Of a stretch of DNA of 64,000 bases, positions 1 through 15,221 are shown piece after piece. Location: the NCBI RefSeq assembly GCF_006345805.1, contig NC_043007.1:45012001-45076000 (forward strand), written 5' to 3'. This stretch comes from Octopus sinensis. Its lineage: Eukaryota. Position 1 is the stretch's first letter; the number at the start of each line of letters is the position of its first letter. A program made the translations under genes and the position numbers. Below the pieces are notes generated by a model. The model saw only the letters and a program-made list of their open reading frames with translations, was not told the origin of the DNA and made no database searches.

Positions 1-230
1 ATTTAATTTACTACTTCTTTGTATAAACAAAGGATTGAATAATGCAATAAATTCATTTATAATTAAAGAAATAGATCGCTGCATAAGTAAGTTAAAAAAT
101 AAATCTATCAATAATAAAGAAAATAATTTAACAAATAATATATGAATATTATGGAATAATGTGGGAGATATATCAGGAAGTAAAATAAGGAGTAAAAATT
201 TAATGCGGAGTTGAAGTAAAGTTATGTGAG

Positions 231-553
231 GTTGCATGATAAACGATAAACGTCGCCCTTTTCAAGCCTAGCCAGGCTCATGGGCCCGGTTTCCCGGTTT
301 CTGTGGCATATGTGTCCCTCCAGCTGGATGGGATGCCAGTCCATCGCAGCGTTACTCAAGAAACAGGAAGAGAGAGAGTGAGAGAAAGTTGCAGCGAAAG
401 AATACAACAAGGGTTGCCCCCCCCTGCCGAAGCCTCGTGGAGCTTTTAGGTGTTTTCGCTCAATAAACACACACAATGCCCGGTCTGGGAATCGAAACCG
501 CGATCCTCCGAAAGCGAGTTCGCTACCCTAACCATTGGACCATTGCGCCCCCA
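231..553 (-). mobile_element. tRNA-derived SINE (family B in this window)
   Basis: Minus strand starts GGGGGCGCAATGGTCCAATGGTTAGGG (A box) and has GGTTTCGATTCCCAGACCGGGC (B box); clearly similar to 43257-43567 and 62700-63003. Confidence 0.85.
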
Positions 554-2562
554 CGAGGTTGCATGATACGTAATAAAAATGAAGTTAATCAAACGCCTCG
601 TAATTTTGGCGTAAGGTCTGTGATTGTCAGTGGAAAGGGTCAATCGACACCTTTGATCTCCAGTGCTTGATTTGAATGCAGATAAGCATTTTGTCCGACG
701 CTCTAGCTATTCTGTCATCTCAAACGGTTTTTCTCTGTTGCTGTTCCAAGTATTCATGATTTGCGCATGGTATACGAGTAAGCAGGTACACTAAAAGAGA
801 CATGCAATGCAAACCGAAGTAAGAGCTGTAATACGAACAACAGAGTGTTGTGTATTTGAAAGCAGTTGGACTGCGTAATTATAGTTGCAAAGAAGTGCTC
901 TGCACCGTATATGGGTAGTGCCTCCATTGGATTTCGCACAGGAACCTTAAATGTTTAAATATTAAACACCTACTCATTTGGATGTTACGTTGTTTGTGTG
1001 TGCAAATCAAATCCGTATTAAGTTTGAGTATGCCGCCTGTAAGCTTTAATGAATAGGTGTAAAGATCAGTCCAACTATTTAGTATCAAGCCATGAATTCA
1101 AGTGATTGTGTCACCGATTTTTGGCTAAAAATTCGAAGTTAAGGACCAGATATTTTCACTACTACGTGATCTTATATTACAGAAATGAAAACAAAAGAGC
1201 TTGAGTGATGGAGAAAAATCTGACTGTTAGACAAATGCTGCCCGTGAACCTCAGTTTAGAGTTTCAACAGTAAATCAGCAGGTTCAATTAATTTTCAGGT
1301 AAAATTTCAAATATAATGGCTCCTATCAACATTTGGTTATACATGCATTATCAAATCTCATATTAGATATGTCTGTTCGTTATCAGTACGGAAGCCAGCC
1401 TCTTATAACTAAGCAACCGGTATGAAACTGGATTTATTTAAAGATGTGCACATTCTATGGTGCTTACCAGCCTTTGGCAGCGTCTTGTTGCCTTAATGAA
1501 ACTGATTCGCTCAGTGAATTCGGGAAGGCGGAAAACAATGAATGAGGCCCGTAGACTTGTTATCTGTAAGTAACAATCCACTTATATGCTACCTATCTAC
1601 TCAGTGAAGCGGGGCGCGGGAAAGAAATACGCAAGGTCCCAATGAAAATTTGTGAAGTGTGCTTAATTTTAGGTCTAAATTTTCTCGGTCACGGGTATGA
1701 TGGTTCAGGAAGCCAATCTGTTTGTAGTTGGAATATTTCCAGAACAGTAATATGTTTCACAGTATATATTTTTAAATGAGCTAACAACCAGCCAGCATTA
1801 TACATTTGTAATGGTTCTAATCACTCGCCTGCAATTATTAAACACATAACTTGTAATGTGAATAGACCCATTTCAAAATCTATTAGCAGATATGGCTATA
1901 TTTGACATGATTGCTCTGTACTATAATAGAATATTGAAAGGAAGAAATTTCAACGTGATAAGCTATTTAGAATCAAGCTCTAAATAATTAAATACACGCA
2001 GAAACCAAAAAGTATTGTTCAATCCACTATAAATTACAATAGTCGTCACTAATATAGCTGTATGTTTCCTTACTAAGATACATTAAAGTTTCTCACTCTC
2101 TGTATATAGAACTAATTTGTTTTTCAATATCAGTTCTGTTAAAGACACTTTAGTTATTTAGTGAATGTAGGGTCTAAAATTTGGAGCTACAATAAAAGTA
2201 AATCACGAAGGAGCTAGTGTAGAGCTGGTATAAAAGCTGTTTATGGTTCGGAAAAACATCGTGTTTATGAAAAAAATTTCAAAATTAGATACAGCCAACA
2301 AACCTATTCGTTTAGATACAAAGACAAATGCATCCCCGCTTCAATCTCAAAATACATATGGCATTTGAATGATAGTGGAGTAGAGAATCATAATCACGTG
2401 TTGTGGGGATGTAGAACAGTGCAATAATAAGCGGGATTGGTTTGGAAAGGAAAAGTTTAATCTCCTGATACTGCCCACAAATAATCCTAAAAGCGCAAAG
2501 AATTTTACATTATTTACATTATTTATATTTGACGGATATTTGTCCTGGTCTTGTTTGTTGTT

Positions 2563-2608
2563 AATACAACGTTTCGGCTGATATACCCTCCAGCCTTCAT
2601 CAGGTGTC
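2563..2608 (-). ncRNA. Minimal type I hammerhead ribozyme in the tail of an HHR-bearing SINE copy (about 2520-2650)
   Basis: Minus strand GACAC-CUGAUGA-A-GGCUG(GAGGGUAUAU)CAGCC-GAAAC-GUU-GUAUU: core intact, 5-bp stem II, palindromic ACGU stem III, stem I with one mismatch. Confidence 0.75.
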
Positions 2609-2811
2609 TTGGGGAAAGTTTGAACTTGGGTTCTCATTCCTAAGGTTTTTTTAATGTATTGTTCACAGCTTGTTCTGTGTTCAAATTCCGCCGACTTTAC
2701 TTTTCATCCTTTTGAGATCGAAAAATTAAGTACCAGTGAAACAGTGGGGTCGATGTTATCGACTGCTTCCTCCTAAATTTCATGCCTTGCGCTTATCGTA
2801 GAAAGGATTAT

Positions 2812-3000
<189 letters not shown>

Positions 3001-5135
3001 TATATGTTTAACTTTTGCTTTGATTTTGTACAAGTTGGCACCAAGTCTCACCCAGAGACCTCAAAAGAACACAAGTTAGAAGTTCAAATTGGTGTTATGC
3101 CTTGGGTGTCATATATTTGGTTTTGTACATAGTATTGTTCTAGAGAATGTTTAAGAAAACAAGAAAATAATAAGTTTGTTTTAAAATTTGAGATTACAAA
3201 AACAGTATTTTACGTAGGATAGGGGCAGTTCCCATGAGAACTATCTTTTGAATTTCTGCCATTTTGGGGTTTACTCGTATCTGAGCTAGGTAGGAATCAG
3301 CCCCTGTTACTGTCATTCCCAGAGCACCTATGACAACAGGTATTGTTTTAGACTTGAGGTTCCACATTTTACCAATTTCTATTTCAAGATCTTTATACTT
3401 TCTCAGTTTTTGGTAGGTCTTGACAGATACATTTATAGCGATTGGGACAGTTATATCAATGAGGAGGCATGATTTTTGTCTGAAGTCTTTCAATATAATG
3501 TCTGGCCTATTCACATCTATCTTTCTGTTAGTTTGAATGGTGAAGTTTCAGAGTGAGATGCGATCATTTTCAAGCACTGGAGGTGGTTTGTGTTCCCGCC
3601 AGCTTTTATCATGGGGCAGGTCCAGGTTTTTGCAAATTACTCAGTAAATATATTGTGCTGCTCTATCATACCTGTTGGGATACTCTGTGGGCGCAAGAAG
3701 ACTGCACATGAAGGCAACATGATCAATGGTTTCATTTTGTTGTTGATATTCACGACATGTTGGGCAGCTACTGTTCTTTAATATGTTGGCCTTAAAGTTT
3801 CTTGTTGATAGGCATTGATCTTGGGCTGCTATGATAAACCCTTCTGTTTCTGATTTTAAGCCAGAAGACACTAACCATTGATGGTTAAGGGCTTTGTCGA
3901 TATCGGCTCTATTAGCTCTCTTTGGGTATTTGCCATTGAGAGGTTTTACTTGTCATTTATCTGTAAGAATATCTAAGGCAGAAGTTTTAGCACGGGTTTT
4001 CATACGCTTAGCTTTTTCTGTGCTTGTTTCTAATACGTCTAATTCTGGAATTTTTTGTATTTAGAATTCAGTTAGATATTCCTTTGCCTGTTTTGTTGCT
4101 GGGTATCATGTTTTGAGACAAGTTTTAACATCCAGTCATCAGAGTTTTTCAGGTAGGTATCTAAGCCTACTGCGGTAATCTTCATTGTTAATTCCAGTTG
4201 TAAAAGACCACGGCCTCCCTCTTTTCTGTTCTATATCTGCTTCAGGGTGGTGCATTCTATGCATTGTCAACAATTTTCGTATTTTTCTGTCAAGATTACA
4301 TATTTCAGTAATTGACCAGCTAATGATATTGAAACTGTAAGTCACGACTGGTATGGCTAAAGTATTGGTCACTTCGATCCTGTTTCTTGCTTTCAGCTCT
4401 GTCTTGCGTATTGCCCTTACTCCCTAAGATAACATTCTCTTCTCATCCTTTCCCGCATCGCTGAATGTTTGATTCCGTCCCCTTCAAATGCTTCTAGATG
4501 ATTGGAGCTCTCCGCCGGTTCTATTTCCTTTATGACATTCTGCTTGTCAAGATTAACATTGGGTGCTTCTGTCATTTTTCCTTTTGCACATTTATCGAGG
4601 CCAAATTGCATACTGATGTCATAACTGAATTGTTTAACAATCGCTAGTAAGCCCTGTAGTTGTTGGTCATGTTTTGCAAAGAGCTTTCAATCATCCATGT
4701 AAATGAGATGATATATATTTTAATCAAACCCTTTATAACCATATTGTACATCACTGAGCAATTTCAAGAGTGGTATTAAGGCTAGACAAAAGAGGAGTGT
4801 TGATAGAGAGTCACCCTGGAAAATGCCACATGAAATTCTTACATCTCCAGCATTAAGAGATTCATTGTCGCTGTTCAAAGTCAGTATGGTTCTCCACGAT
4901 CTCATACTTACAGACAAGAAGTTTCGCAGAGTAGGTGCTATTTTGTACATTTCCAGACATTTCTTAATCCAGTTATGTGGTAGACTATCAAAAGCTTTTT
5001 TATAGTCTAATCTAGGCTATCGACAAGTTTTTGTGCCGTTTGTGACAATCTTCTAAGATAATCTTATTGATGAGTAGCTAATCTTTACAACCATAGGACC
5101 CACGTTTACGCCTTTTTTGCTCATTAGGGAATATG
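3001..5135 (-). mobile_element. 5'-truncated, decayed R4/Dong-clade non-LTR retrotransposon (RT plus restriction-like endonuclease)
   Basis: Minus-strand fragments YKKAFDSLPHNW, GIFQGDSLS and HLIYMDD (RT); CPTC..ETIDHVAFMC (zinc knuckle); NRPDIILKD..LLIDITVP (RLE). Frameshifts and stops present; TAA-type repeats on both flanks. Confidence 0.85.
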
Positions 5136-5164
5136 CCACTCTCTATTACTATTATTATTGTTAT

Positions 5165-5390
5165 TATTGAAGTGGTGAGCTAGCAGAATCCTTAGCACGC
5201 CGAGAAAATGCTTGGTGGTATTTCATCCGTCTTTACATTCTGAGTACAAATTCCCCGAAGTCTACTTCGCCTTTCATCCCTTCGAGATCGATAAAATAAC
5301 TACCAGTCATTCACTGGGGCCGATATAATTGACTTACCCCATCCCTGAACTTGCTGGCCTTGTGCCAAAATTTGACACTGACATTTCATT
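5165..5390 (+). mobile_element. tRNA-derived SINE (family A)
   Basis: GGTGAGCTAGCAGAATCCTTAGCACGCC...GAGTACAAATTCC...CCTTTCATCCCTTCG...CTGGGG; many copies in the window, e.g. about 6135-6310, 11700-11880, 57550-57710 (minus) and 63349-63560 (plus). Confidence 0.8.
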
Positions 5391-7566
5391 ATAAATTCTT
5401 AACCCATAGTTCTGTATGATATATCGTGGATTGTCAGCATTACATAAGTTTACTCCAGCCTCACTTCGGTTGCATTATTCTGATCCCTCCTTCAGAACTT
5501 TTTAAGTTATACCCATATGTAATTTTTATCAGTCATTTTATTTACTAAGGTGTTACCCATCAATTAAGGGGTAACTTTGGCAGTATACGTTCACCATGAT
5601 GGATAATATAAGTAAATATGGTACACGTGATAAAATTGTCATTTAAATTTTATCGAATGTTTTGGTTCTTATATAAATTGATGAAAAATATTTATTACTT
5701 CAAAATATTAAACAAAGCAAAATTTTCATTTGTTTCACTTTTCTCATAAAAACTAAATACTCTGTCATTTACCTCCTCCTCCTCCTTCCTGTCTTTGTGA
5801 GTCATTACTTCTTCGTGTGTGTGTGTGTGTTTGTGTGTGTGTGTCTATGTGTGTGTGTGTATCTATGTGTGTGTGTGTAGCTTTACTCATTGCCTGCCAC
5901 TGTTTTTAAGTATGTGCATGCATCATAAACCTCTTATGCTTATTCTTCTTTTTTATCTCCCTTTTACTATCTCAGCACTCATTGTATATGATTTAAGACG
6001 TGAATTAAGAAATTAACCAACAAACCAATCAACGAACGAACGAATGAATCAACCAGCCAACCAATAATTATATCGGCTATTAATGATTTCAAATTTTTGC
6101 ATAAGACCAGCAATTTCGAGTGGTGGTGGTGGTGGTGGTTAAGTCGATTACATCGATTCCAGTGCGCAATTGGCACTTATTTTATCAACCCCAAAAGGAT
6201 GAAAGGCAAAGTCGATCTCAGCGGAATTTGAACTCAGAGCGTAGAACGGACGAAGTGCCGCTAGCCATTTTGTCCGGTGTGCTAACGAATCTGCCAGGTC
6301 ACCGCCTTTATCGCATGTCGGCAATCACCAAAAAGAGATTAAAATAATTATTATTTACATGTCTATTTATATATCTATGCATATTTTGAATTATGCTCGT
6401 ATCTATTTTTTCAAGTAATTCTTTTGTCATTTATCACATATCTTTTATAAATGTAAAAAATATTTTATGATTTATTAAAATACTCCGTTGTTTAATTATT
6501 TCATTAACTTTAGCTAACCCCCTATTTTAAGATATTTCAAAATATTACATACGTACATATATAGTGTTACCATTATTAACTTTTAAATTACTTAACTGTA
6601 ATTTATTTAATGCTTCATTTCAATAATTCATCTTAAACAACTTTTCATATCAATCACCAGCCGATTATCTTACTGTATATTCATATTTTACTTCTAATTA
6701 ATACAATTTGAGTGTAAGTTGAGATTTATTTCCCTTGTCCTGCACTCTCCAGTGTTTTTTTGCTGAATCATGCTATACCTCACATTTCACAAACAGGAAT
6801 CCATATTTAGTCAGCCGAATGTAAGTGATTTTTCCACCATGTTTTTTTTTTATATATTTGATATTTTCCCCGTCTATTTTGTGGAGAACCTTGAAACAGA
6901 TGAGTAAATATATATAGCATCAACTGAATAAATAATTACATTCGAGCGCACGTGTTTAGTATTTTTCTCTCTGTGAATACATACATACATACATACATAC
7001 ATGGTGACTGTCCCTTCGTTATCAAATATGGCCATTGCACGAAGATTAATCAATGTTGTTATCGTGCAATGCCTGTGCAAGAAGATTTTTTTTAAAGTGA
7101 GGAAAGGCTGTGCACTGAGTCAATCCCACTCACTAAGCAATAGCAGCCATAATCCGAAAAGAAGAACAAGTCAACATCATCGGTAACTCCTGAGCCGCAG
7201 GTTTTATGTCAGAGTTATCCCAATTACCTGAGTTACCTTCTCCTAGAAGGATGCCCTAATAAAGGCTAGGAGTCCTTCACCCCCAATAGTTCAACCGTGC
7301 GATCGGGTATTCAGTCCGATTATTTCTATGTCTGCGCGCATGATACAGCCTTAAGGCATTTATTGGATGGCCGTTGACTCTCAAGAGTTCCTCTGCCCTT
7401 TGACGGGTTTTGTTTTTCATCCCGCAGGGTGTCCAATAAACACCCTCCTCACCAAGCAAGCTTGGTGGGGTTGCCGGTTTAGTCACCGACGACCCGACCA
7501 TGCAACAGGTTGTACTGGGTTACATGTTACCAGTAGCATACATACATATATACATACATACACACA

Positions 7567-7598
<32 letters not shown>

Positions 7599-7771
7599 GT
7601 TCAAATTTACAGAAACAAAAGACGAAGATAAACAAGCGAAGGAATAACAAGCAGGTGTATTAGTTTGAAATGCATTATATTATTATGTATTATACATATT
7701 TATATATATGTACATGCATCTGTAAATACATAAACACAGAAATAACATATAGACAGACAAATGTGTGTGCA

Positions 7772-7802
<31 letters not shown>

Positions 7803-8127
7803 ATGAAAAGAAAAATATATAATTAAATCTTAGCGTCTGGGAGAGAGAGAAAAGAAAACCATACACGTAAGTACGTTGAGAAAAGAAAGGATGGTAAGAT
7901 AAAAAGTTTGAAGAGTATATCTTAAACAAATGTATTAACAGAGAAATGGAAGAACCATTGTGTTCTCTGGAGAACTGAAGTCTAAAAGAGAAAATTGAGG
8001 GAAACGAGTAGAAAAAAGAAAGGAAGAACGGTTGATTGGTTGCTGGGGTGGAAAATGGTAGAGAGGGAAGAAAGAGGGAACAAAGAAAATATGCAACTTG
8101 TTAGATCGCTTGCCACTAAACCTTTAT

Positions 8128-8281
8128 CTATTTTCTCCCCCTGTTTATTTCTGTGTTCCTTTCTCTCGAAGAGCGTAGACTCGAAACGTTAAAGACTTTC
8201 TCACTTCCCGAGGGTTAAACTAATACATCTGTTTCGTATTTACACACCCGTCTTCATCTTTTACTTTTCTGTAATTCTCAC

Positions 8282-8327
<46 letters not shown>

Positions 8328-8338
8328 CATATATATAT

Positions 8339-8384
<46 letters not shown>

Positions 8385-8565
8385 ACACACACACACATAT
8401 ATATATATACAGTGAGAATTTACAAACATACAAAATACGAAGACGGGTGTGTAAACGACAAACAGATGTATCAGTTTAACACTTAGGAAGGGAGAAAGTA
8501 TTTTACGTTTCGAACCTACGCTCTTCGATAGAAAGGAACACAGAAATAAAGGGGAGAGAAAATAG
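8128..8565. repeat. Inverted pair of ~160-bp PLE-like termini around a (TA)n/(CA)n microsatellite, each with a decayed HHR-like motif
   Basis: About 8128-8290 is the diverged reverse complement of about 8405-8565. Motifs CTCTCGA-AGAGCGTAGACTC-GAAAC-GTT (8159-8194, plus) and CTATCGA-AGAGCGTAGGTTC-GAAAC-GTA (8501-8535, minus). Confidence 0.7.
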
Positions 8566-8913
8566 AAAATAAATATATATGTGTAAATAAAAAAATATAC
8601 AGGGTTGGCCAAAATTTACGTAGCAGTAAATGAAAACCATTTAATTCCAAGATGTATGTTAAACAATTGAATGCATTTAATAAAAGCATCTAAATATGGA
8701 ACAGCATGTAAATTGTTGAAACTGAAGTCCTTCTTAAGCGACAACATTTATTCGAGTCAATACAGAGTTACAGATAGTATTTATGGAATTTTGATTTACT
8801 ATGGGGTGACTTTTGGCAGCTCTGCCTTAATCAATATATATAGATATATATATAAATCAATATAAATACATACACACATACATATATATGTATAAATGTA
8901 TATATATATATAT

Positions 8914-8948
<35 letters not shown>

Positions 8949-8990
8949 ATATATATGTAAATGAATAAATATATATGTTGTATATACGCA

Positions 8991-9037
<47 letters not shown>

Positions 9038-9395
9038 GAAAATATTAAACAATTACACAATTTCATAAGAAAAGTTATTAGAGTGACCTCGCTTTTGTGT
9101 AGTTTAAAGCATTTGGAGTATTCTCACAAGAGACAGAAATTAAAAGAAAAACTTGACCTTGAAACAAGTGTTTTCTCAAAAACTTTTATATAATATTCCA
9201 AAATATATCCAAACAGATATTTCAAGAATCAATAGGGCCTGATTATTTGCTGAATGATCGCATGTAACTCGGAGTACTGGAACTATGACGTTTTCTGTTA
9301 TAATGTACAGTTATTCAGTTTAGCAATTTATCGGCTGTCGGTGAATCAACAGATTTACATACATACATGCATGCATGCATACATACATACATACA

Positions 9396-9428
<33 letters not shown>

Positions 9429-10554
9429 GCATGCATGTTCTGTTAATAAGTTATAATTATAAGCTTAAAGCTTAAAGGCGATCACCTTGTATTAGCCGAA
9501 GAAAATAGTCCAATATTGCAGCGTATAAGTACTCAATGGGATAAAGTGCCTTGACAACTGGTTTTGGTGTGTTTACGTCCTCGTAACTTAGAGGTTCGGC
9601 AAAAGAGAATGACAGAATAAGTACTAGTCTCTAAAACCACAAGTCCTAGGGTCGATTTCTTCGATTAAAACCCTTAAAGGTGGTGCCCCAGCATGGCTGC
9701 AGTCAAATGATTGAAAAAGTAAAAGATATATATATATATATATCCAACTTTAATCTTATGTATACAACTTTAATATATATATATATATATATAATCTTTA
9801 TATATACGTACATACATACACAAGAAGGAAATAAAGCATGAGAAAGTATTTTTAAATATGCATTTTTATTCTTACACCCATAACGATCAAATGATTACAT
9901 AAATTTTCTTTCGGATACACTGATCATTCTAGGATGCCCTTTGTGTATATGAAATCCATTACTTTCAAAATATTTTCTGTGTTACAAGACAGTCATTTCT
10001 TTCTAGCCCACAGTAAAACAATGGAATTTTTCTTTCTTTCTGTTAGTTCCAGTGATATTTCATGTCTGACTTTTTTAATGTTTTCGTTCATATTTTATAT
10101 GATATATTTTTAAATCAATTTTTTAAAATGAATATTATTTTTTGTAAATGTATTTTGTAATTTTTATTATTTTTTTTTGAAATATTTTTCAAGTGAATCT
10201 CAAATATTCCAATCGAACTTTTGTGGAGGATAATGCTTCGACTTCAGAAAGCTTTCGCGGTTATAATGATTGATATAACTTTTGTTTTATTTTTATTTTT
10301 GTTTTTGTTGTTGTTGCTTTATATTTGTATAATTTTTAATATTTTTTCTATACCCTAACATAATACACAGACGACGGAACGGGTTAAATATCAGGGGTGA
10401 GGGAGTGCTGTTGAATAAAGTGTCTTATTCATTTGTATTTCATTCTAATAGTCCAAATGTCAAGAAATAAAAAAGAAACTAAGAATATAAGACTATAACA
10501 CGAAAAACCCATAAACAAAACCAAAAATACCCACAATGAATTATAATTTGGAAA

Positions 10555-10616
<62 letters not shown>

Positions 10617-13072
10617 TAATCATAACAACATATTTTTGTTTTTTTTTAGGAACAGGGCCCCGGTTCTTGAAAGGTTGAGGAATGAGAAGTGCGAAGTATA
10701 CGCTTTTCTCAAAGTCATTTGAGACGCAAAAATATCGAAAATGTTTTCAAAAAAGGATTCGAAATTGCATCAATTTGCCGAAGAGTTATCAATGTTCTGC
10801 AGTGATTGCCACAATAACGGTGTTAATAATAATAATGATGTTGTGGGACTGATAGACTAGGTTACACTGATAGACAAAATGCCTGGTGGCATTTAGAATT
10901 TTATGTTCTGAGTTCAAATCCCGTCGAGATTTAACTTTCTTTTCATTCTTCTGGTAACTACAAAACAAAACACCTTTCAAATACTAGAGTTCGATAAAAT
11001 CCACAATACCATCTCACAAATTTGAGTCTTTGTAGCTAAATTAGAAATCAGTATAAATAATAACGGTTTGCAGGAATTTCGACTTACAACTGTGTGCTGA
11101 AACCAATATTGTTATATTTAGGAAGAGTCATAATTATTAAAACCTATAAAAACTCTCACCGGTTTATCTGTTATACTTCTTTTTCTTTTTCCTAAAGCAG
11201 TTGTATTTGTTTATGTCCCATAAAATATTTTCCACTGCCCCGTACTGTTACCTTCTCAATGAGGGCTGATTAGTTTCTTTTAACAGTTTCTTCTGTTTTA
11301 GTTTTCAACTGATTTTATTGCTGTTACATCTATAAGTAAGTATATGAGTTAACGTTTCTATTGCTTTATTTTACATAAGTTTGTTGTTGAAAGTTCGCAA
11401 GCTTTAGCCAAGCTAGTAGAAAACTAAAAATAGCGATTTAAATCTTCTGCACAGGGTCATAATTTCTGCGTGTATGTGTGCGTGAGTTACAGACGATTAA
11501 TTTGGCCCTCAGTAGTCAACTGTTATTTATAATATTGCCTTTGCAAAAATGAAAGCAAAATGCGATTATGGCAGAATTTAACTCAAAACGTAAAGAAGGA
11601 AAACGAATGTTACTAGGGTATTGTTTTAAGCGCTGTACAACCCATGCCAATCCACCATTTCTGTTATGAATAAAATAATGATTTGTAGCCCAGCAACATA
11701 TTTGGATGGAATATAGCAGTCGATTAAATCATTATAGTAATTCACTGGGACTTAATTTAGCAATCCCAAGATTACGAAAAGCAAGGTCGACCTCGGCGGA
11801 ATTTGAACTGAAAATTTAGCCGGACGTATATAGAGCACGGAATTTTCTCTTTTTTTTCCGTTCCTGTCTCGCTACCGTTTCTGCATTTCACTGGTCTCTT
11901 GAAAAACAGGTAATGACAACAGTATTAAATTAAAACATAATCGTCAAAATAATTTAGTCGTCATTGTTGAAAACAAATCTCTTGTTCTTAAATCAATATT
12001 TTAAAAATATATATTGACGATCTAAATATTACAGTGAAATATTTTTTTCATGCCAATGTAGAACTGAATAGTGAAATATCATACATATAGTGGCAAAAGA
12101 CAGGAAGGTTAATAGCCAATCCTATGTTTCTACTATCATAATTTGCTATTGTATTTTTAGCTATGATATGTAGATGAAGCTTATGAGAATTACTGTCGCC
12201 ATATTTATCAGAAAACGATATTACAGACCAGACTACGGGAGACTTCGTATGAGTGTGTATGAATATAATGTATAACAAGAGTGCATGTATGTACTGATGC
12301 ACGTTTGTTCGTATATATGTATCTAGACATGTATGTATATGCTTGTATGTGTGTGTGGGTATATATATATATGTACACACACATATTTGTGTGCATGTGT
12401 TAGTGTGTGATTTTATGCAGTATTTTCAAGTATGATTAAACAATTTGTTTTAAAAAAGTCGTTTTTTAGAACACAGAAGGCAAGTTTTTTTTTTCTTTTT
12501 CTCTTTTTGTAGATTTTTATTAATATTATTATTAATAAATTTCATGAAAATAATTTCTTTTGTATTTTTTTTACTTTGGAAATAAAACGATGATAATGGT
12601 TACCGTCATCATCGTCGTCGTCATCATCGTCATAATCATCAACATCAGCAACAATAACAGTAATACGCACGTGGATGACATACGATTACCCTCACACACA
12701 CATACACATGCGCACGAGCACATGTCACACTCATACAGATGAAATATTATAACTGTTATACCAAGATGCACCTTTTCTAATTTTCAGCAAATGGTAATAT
12801 TAACTATCGCTCGATCATCAGATGTGAAAGTTAAAGAAACAATTCTAAAAGTGTCAATTATATTATTAAACTCTACTTCTTGCATTGGGTACTATTCTTC
12901 AATACACATATATTTACGAGCATGAATTTCAATGCATATTCATTCTCCTTATCGCTCTGTCTCTGCCTGTCTGTGTATCTGTCTCTCTCTCTATATATAC
13001 ACATGTACACACACAAACACACACATACCCATATTCACAACATACATTTTGCATACATGCACAAATAATGCA

Positions 13073-13113
<41 letters not shown>

Positions 13114-13114
13114 T

Positions 13115-13156
<42 letters not shown>

Positions 13157-14672
13157 TTTCCTCTAGTTTCAGCTCAGAGCCGCGGTCATATATTAATGTA
13201 AGCATATATATGTCTGTTTATACTTATAATTCAATAACTACATATATGCATATACATACACGCACACACACACGAGCGCACACATACACACACAGAGATG
13301 TGTGTGTGTATGTATGTTTGTATATAATTCGATATTATTGTTCAAGTCTTCCTTGAATAGTTCATTAGTTGGGCATTTAATAATCGATTTAAGGCAAAAG
13401 CCTTCATCGATCAAATTTTACATTGAAATTTTGTATTAATACTAACTCACTAACTATATTAAGGGAAGATCTTTAGAAGAAATTTTATAACTAAGGAATA
13501 ATATAACAACAACAGAACCAACATTTTAGCCACGTCACTGTGGAATACATTACCACACCCACTCAACTCACCGTATTTCACAGTAAATATTACATAACGT
13601 ATAAGCTTTTTTTATATCACATGTGTTTTTGACAAATCTTCTACCAAGAGTCTTCTACCAAGAGTCTTCTACCAGAGTTTCGGAATCGACAACGACTTGC
13701 TTAGGTAATTTGGTAGACGGAAACCACATGGAAGCCTGTCAGAAAATAATTTTTTTTTCCTGTCCATAATTACTATACTTAATCCGTCACCCTGGCTGCT
13801 CTTTGGTAAACCTCAGTGAATTCTGCTATGTTACAAGCATTTGCACTAGATCACTTCACTGAAGTCAACTTCATTATTCTTCTTATACGTAATAGCGGTC
13901 ATGAAAGAGTCACCGGCGCTGCGTTTCCTGACGAAGCCCTTAAAATTTATATTAATGGTATATAAATTGATTATATTTTATATACAGGATGTATTGTAAT
14001 GACGTATCACGTGTTATTTGTAATATCTGTGCTTGTTTAAAACGTGCCACACCAATAGGAAAAAACATCATGTATTTAATCTTCTTCGATATTTTGAAGA
14101 CCAAAAGATTGTTTCTTCTCTTGCTTATTTAGAGTTCTGTAATTTTCAGTCTCTGGAAAGTATAGATTTTACTGAATGCCACCGAAATACAAACCGTATG
14201 GGATGATGGTAGTGGAATATTTTAACAGAAGGATGTAATATCTAGACTATACCTGCTTTGCAGTTCCACATTTCGTTCATCTCCGTTCCTCTCTTTGGAA
14301 AAGAAAGAAAACCTTAAGCCCTCAGTAGTTTGACTCTATATTTTAAAAATCTTTTTATTGCTAGGTTTATATCCTCGTTTTTCATACGCAAACGACTTTC
14401 TTTTATACACCTTTTGCATTTTTGAACATTGTCCTTATGGTAGTACTTCGTTTCAACGAGTAACTTGTAAAAATGGGGTTGAATTGAATACATGATTCAT
14501 GGATGATACTAAAAAATTTGCATTCAAACTTATCCATCCTGAACAGAAAAACTAATGTGTGTGCTTGTGTGTGTTTTATACATTCACATACGTCTCTCTC
14601 TTTATATATGCATATATATACATTTTTGACGAAATTCTGGCATTCTAAAGGTCAATGTTCATCCTTCCTTAT

Positions 14673-14750
<78 letters not shown>

Positions 14751-15151
14751 CATACATACATACACACACATATATATATACATATATCTATGTATATATG
14801 TATATATATGTGTGTGTGTATATCTATATACATGCGCATATATACAAACATCATTATATACCTGTATGCATGTCTGTGCGTGTGTTTGTATCTATTTATG
14901 TTTCCCCTGTGCGGCAGTTGTAAATAGGTTAATGGAGACTGATAACCTTGCATGCATGCGTGAGCTATGAGAATAAACAATACGTTATGTATCAAAATGG
15001 AACAAGCTGATGGATACATGAAGCTTGCTTCCTGGTCGGACATGACATGGGGAGTGCCATATATCCTCATACAGATAAAAAAATACACAAACATATATTC
15101 ATATATTTATGTATATACATATGTATACATATACATATGTATGTATATATA

Positions 15152-15221
<70 letters not shown>

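Noticed and set aside
7190-7545. GC-richer unclassified repeat resembling an RTE 5' region, checked for an HDV-like ribozyme
   Set aside because: Could not assemble a nested double pseudoknot by eye; only a CACCAAGC/GCTTGGTG hairpin is evident.
13915-13950. CTGACGAAGCCC
   Set aside because: Only the 5' half of a core; no matching stem II 3' strand or GAAA follows.
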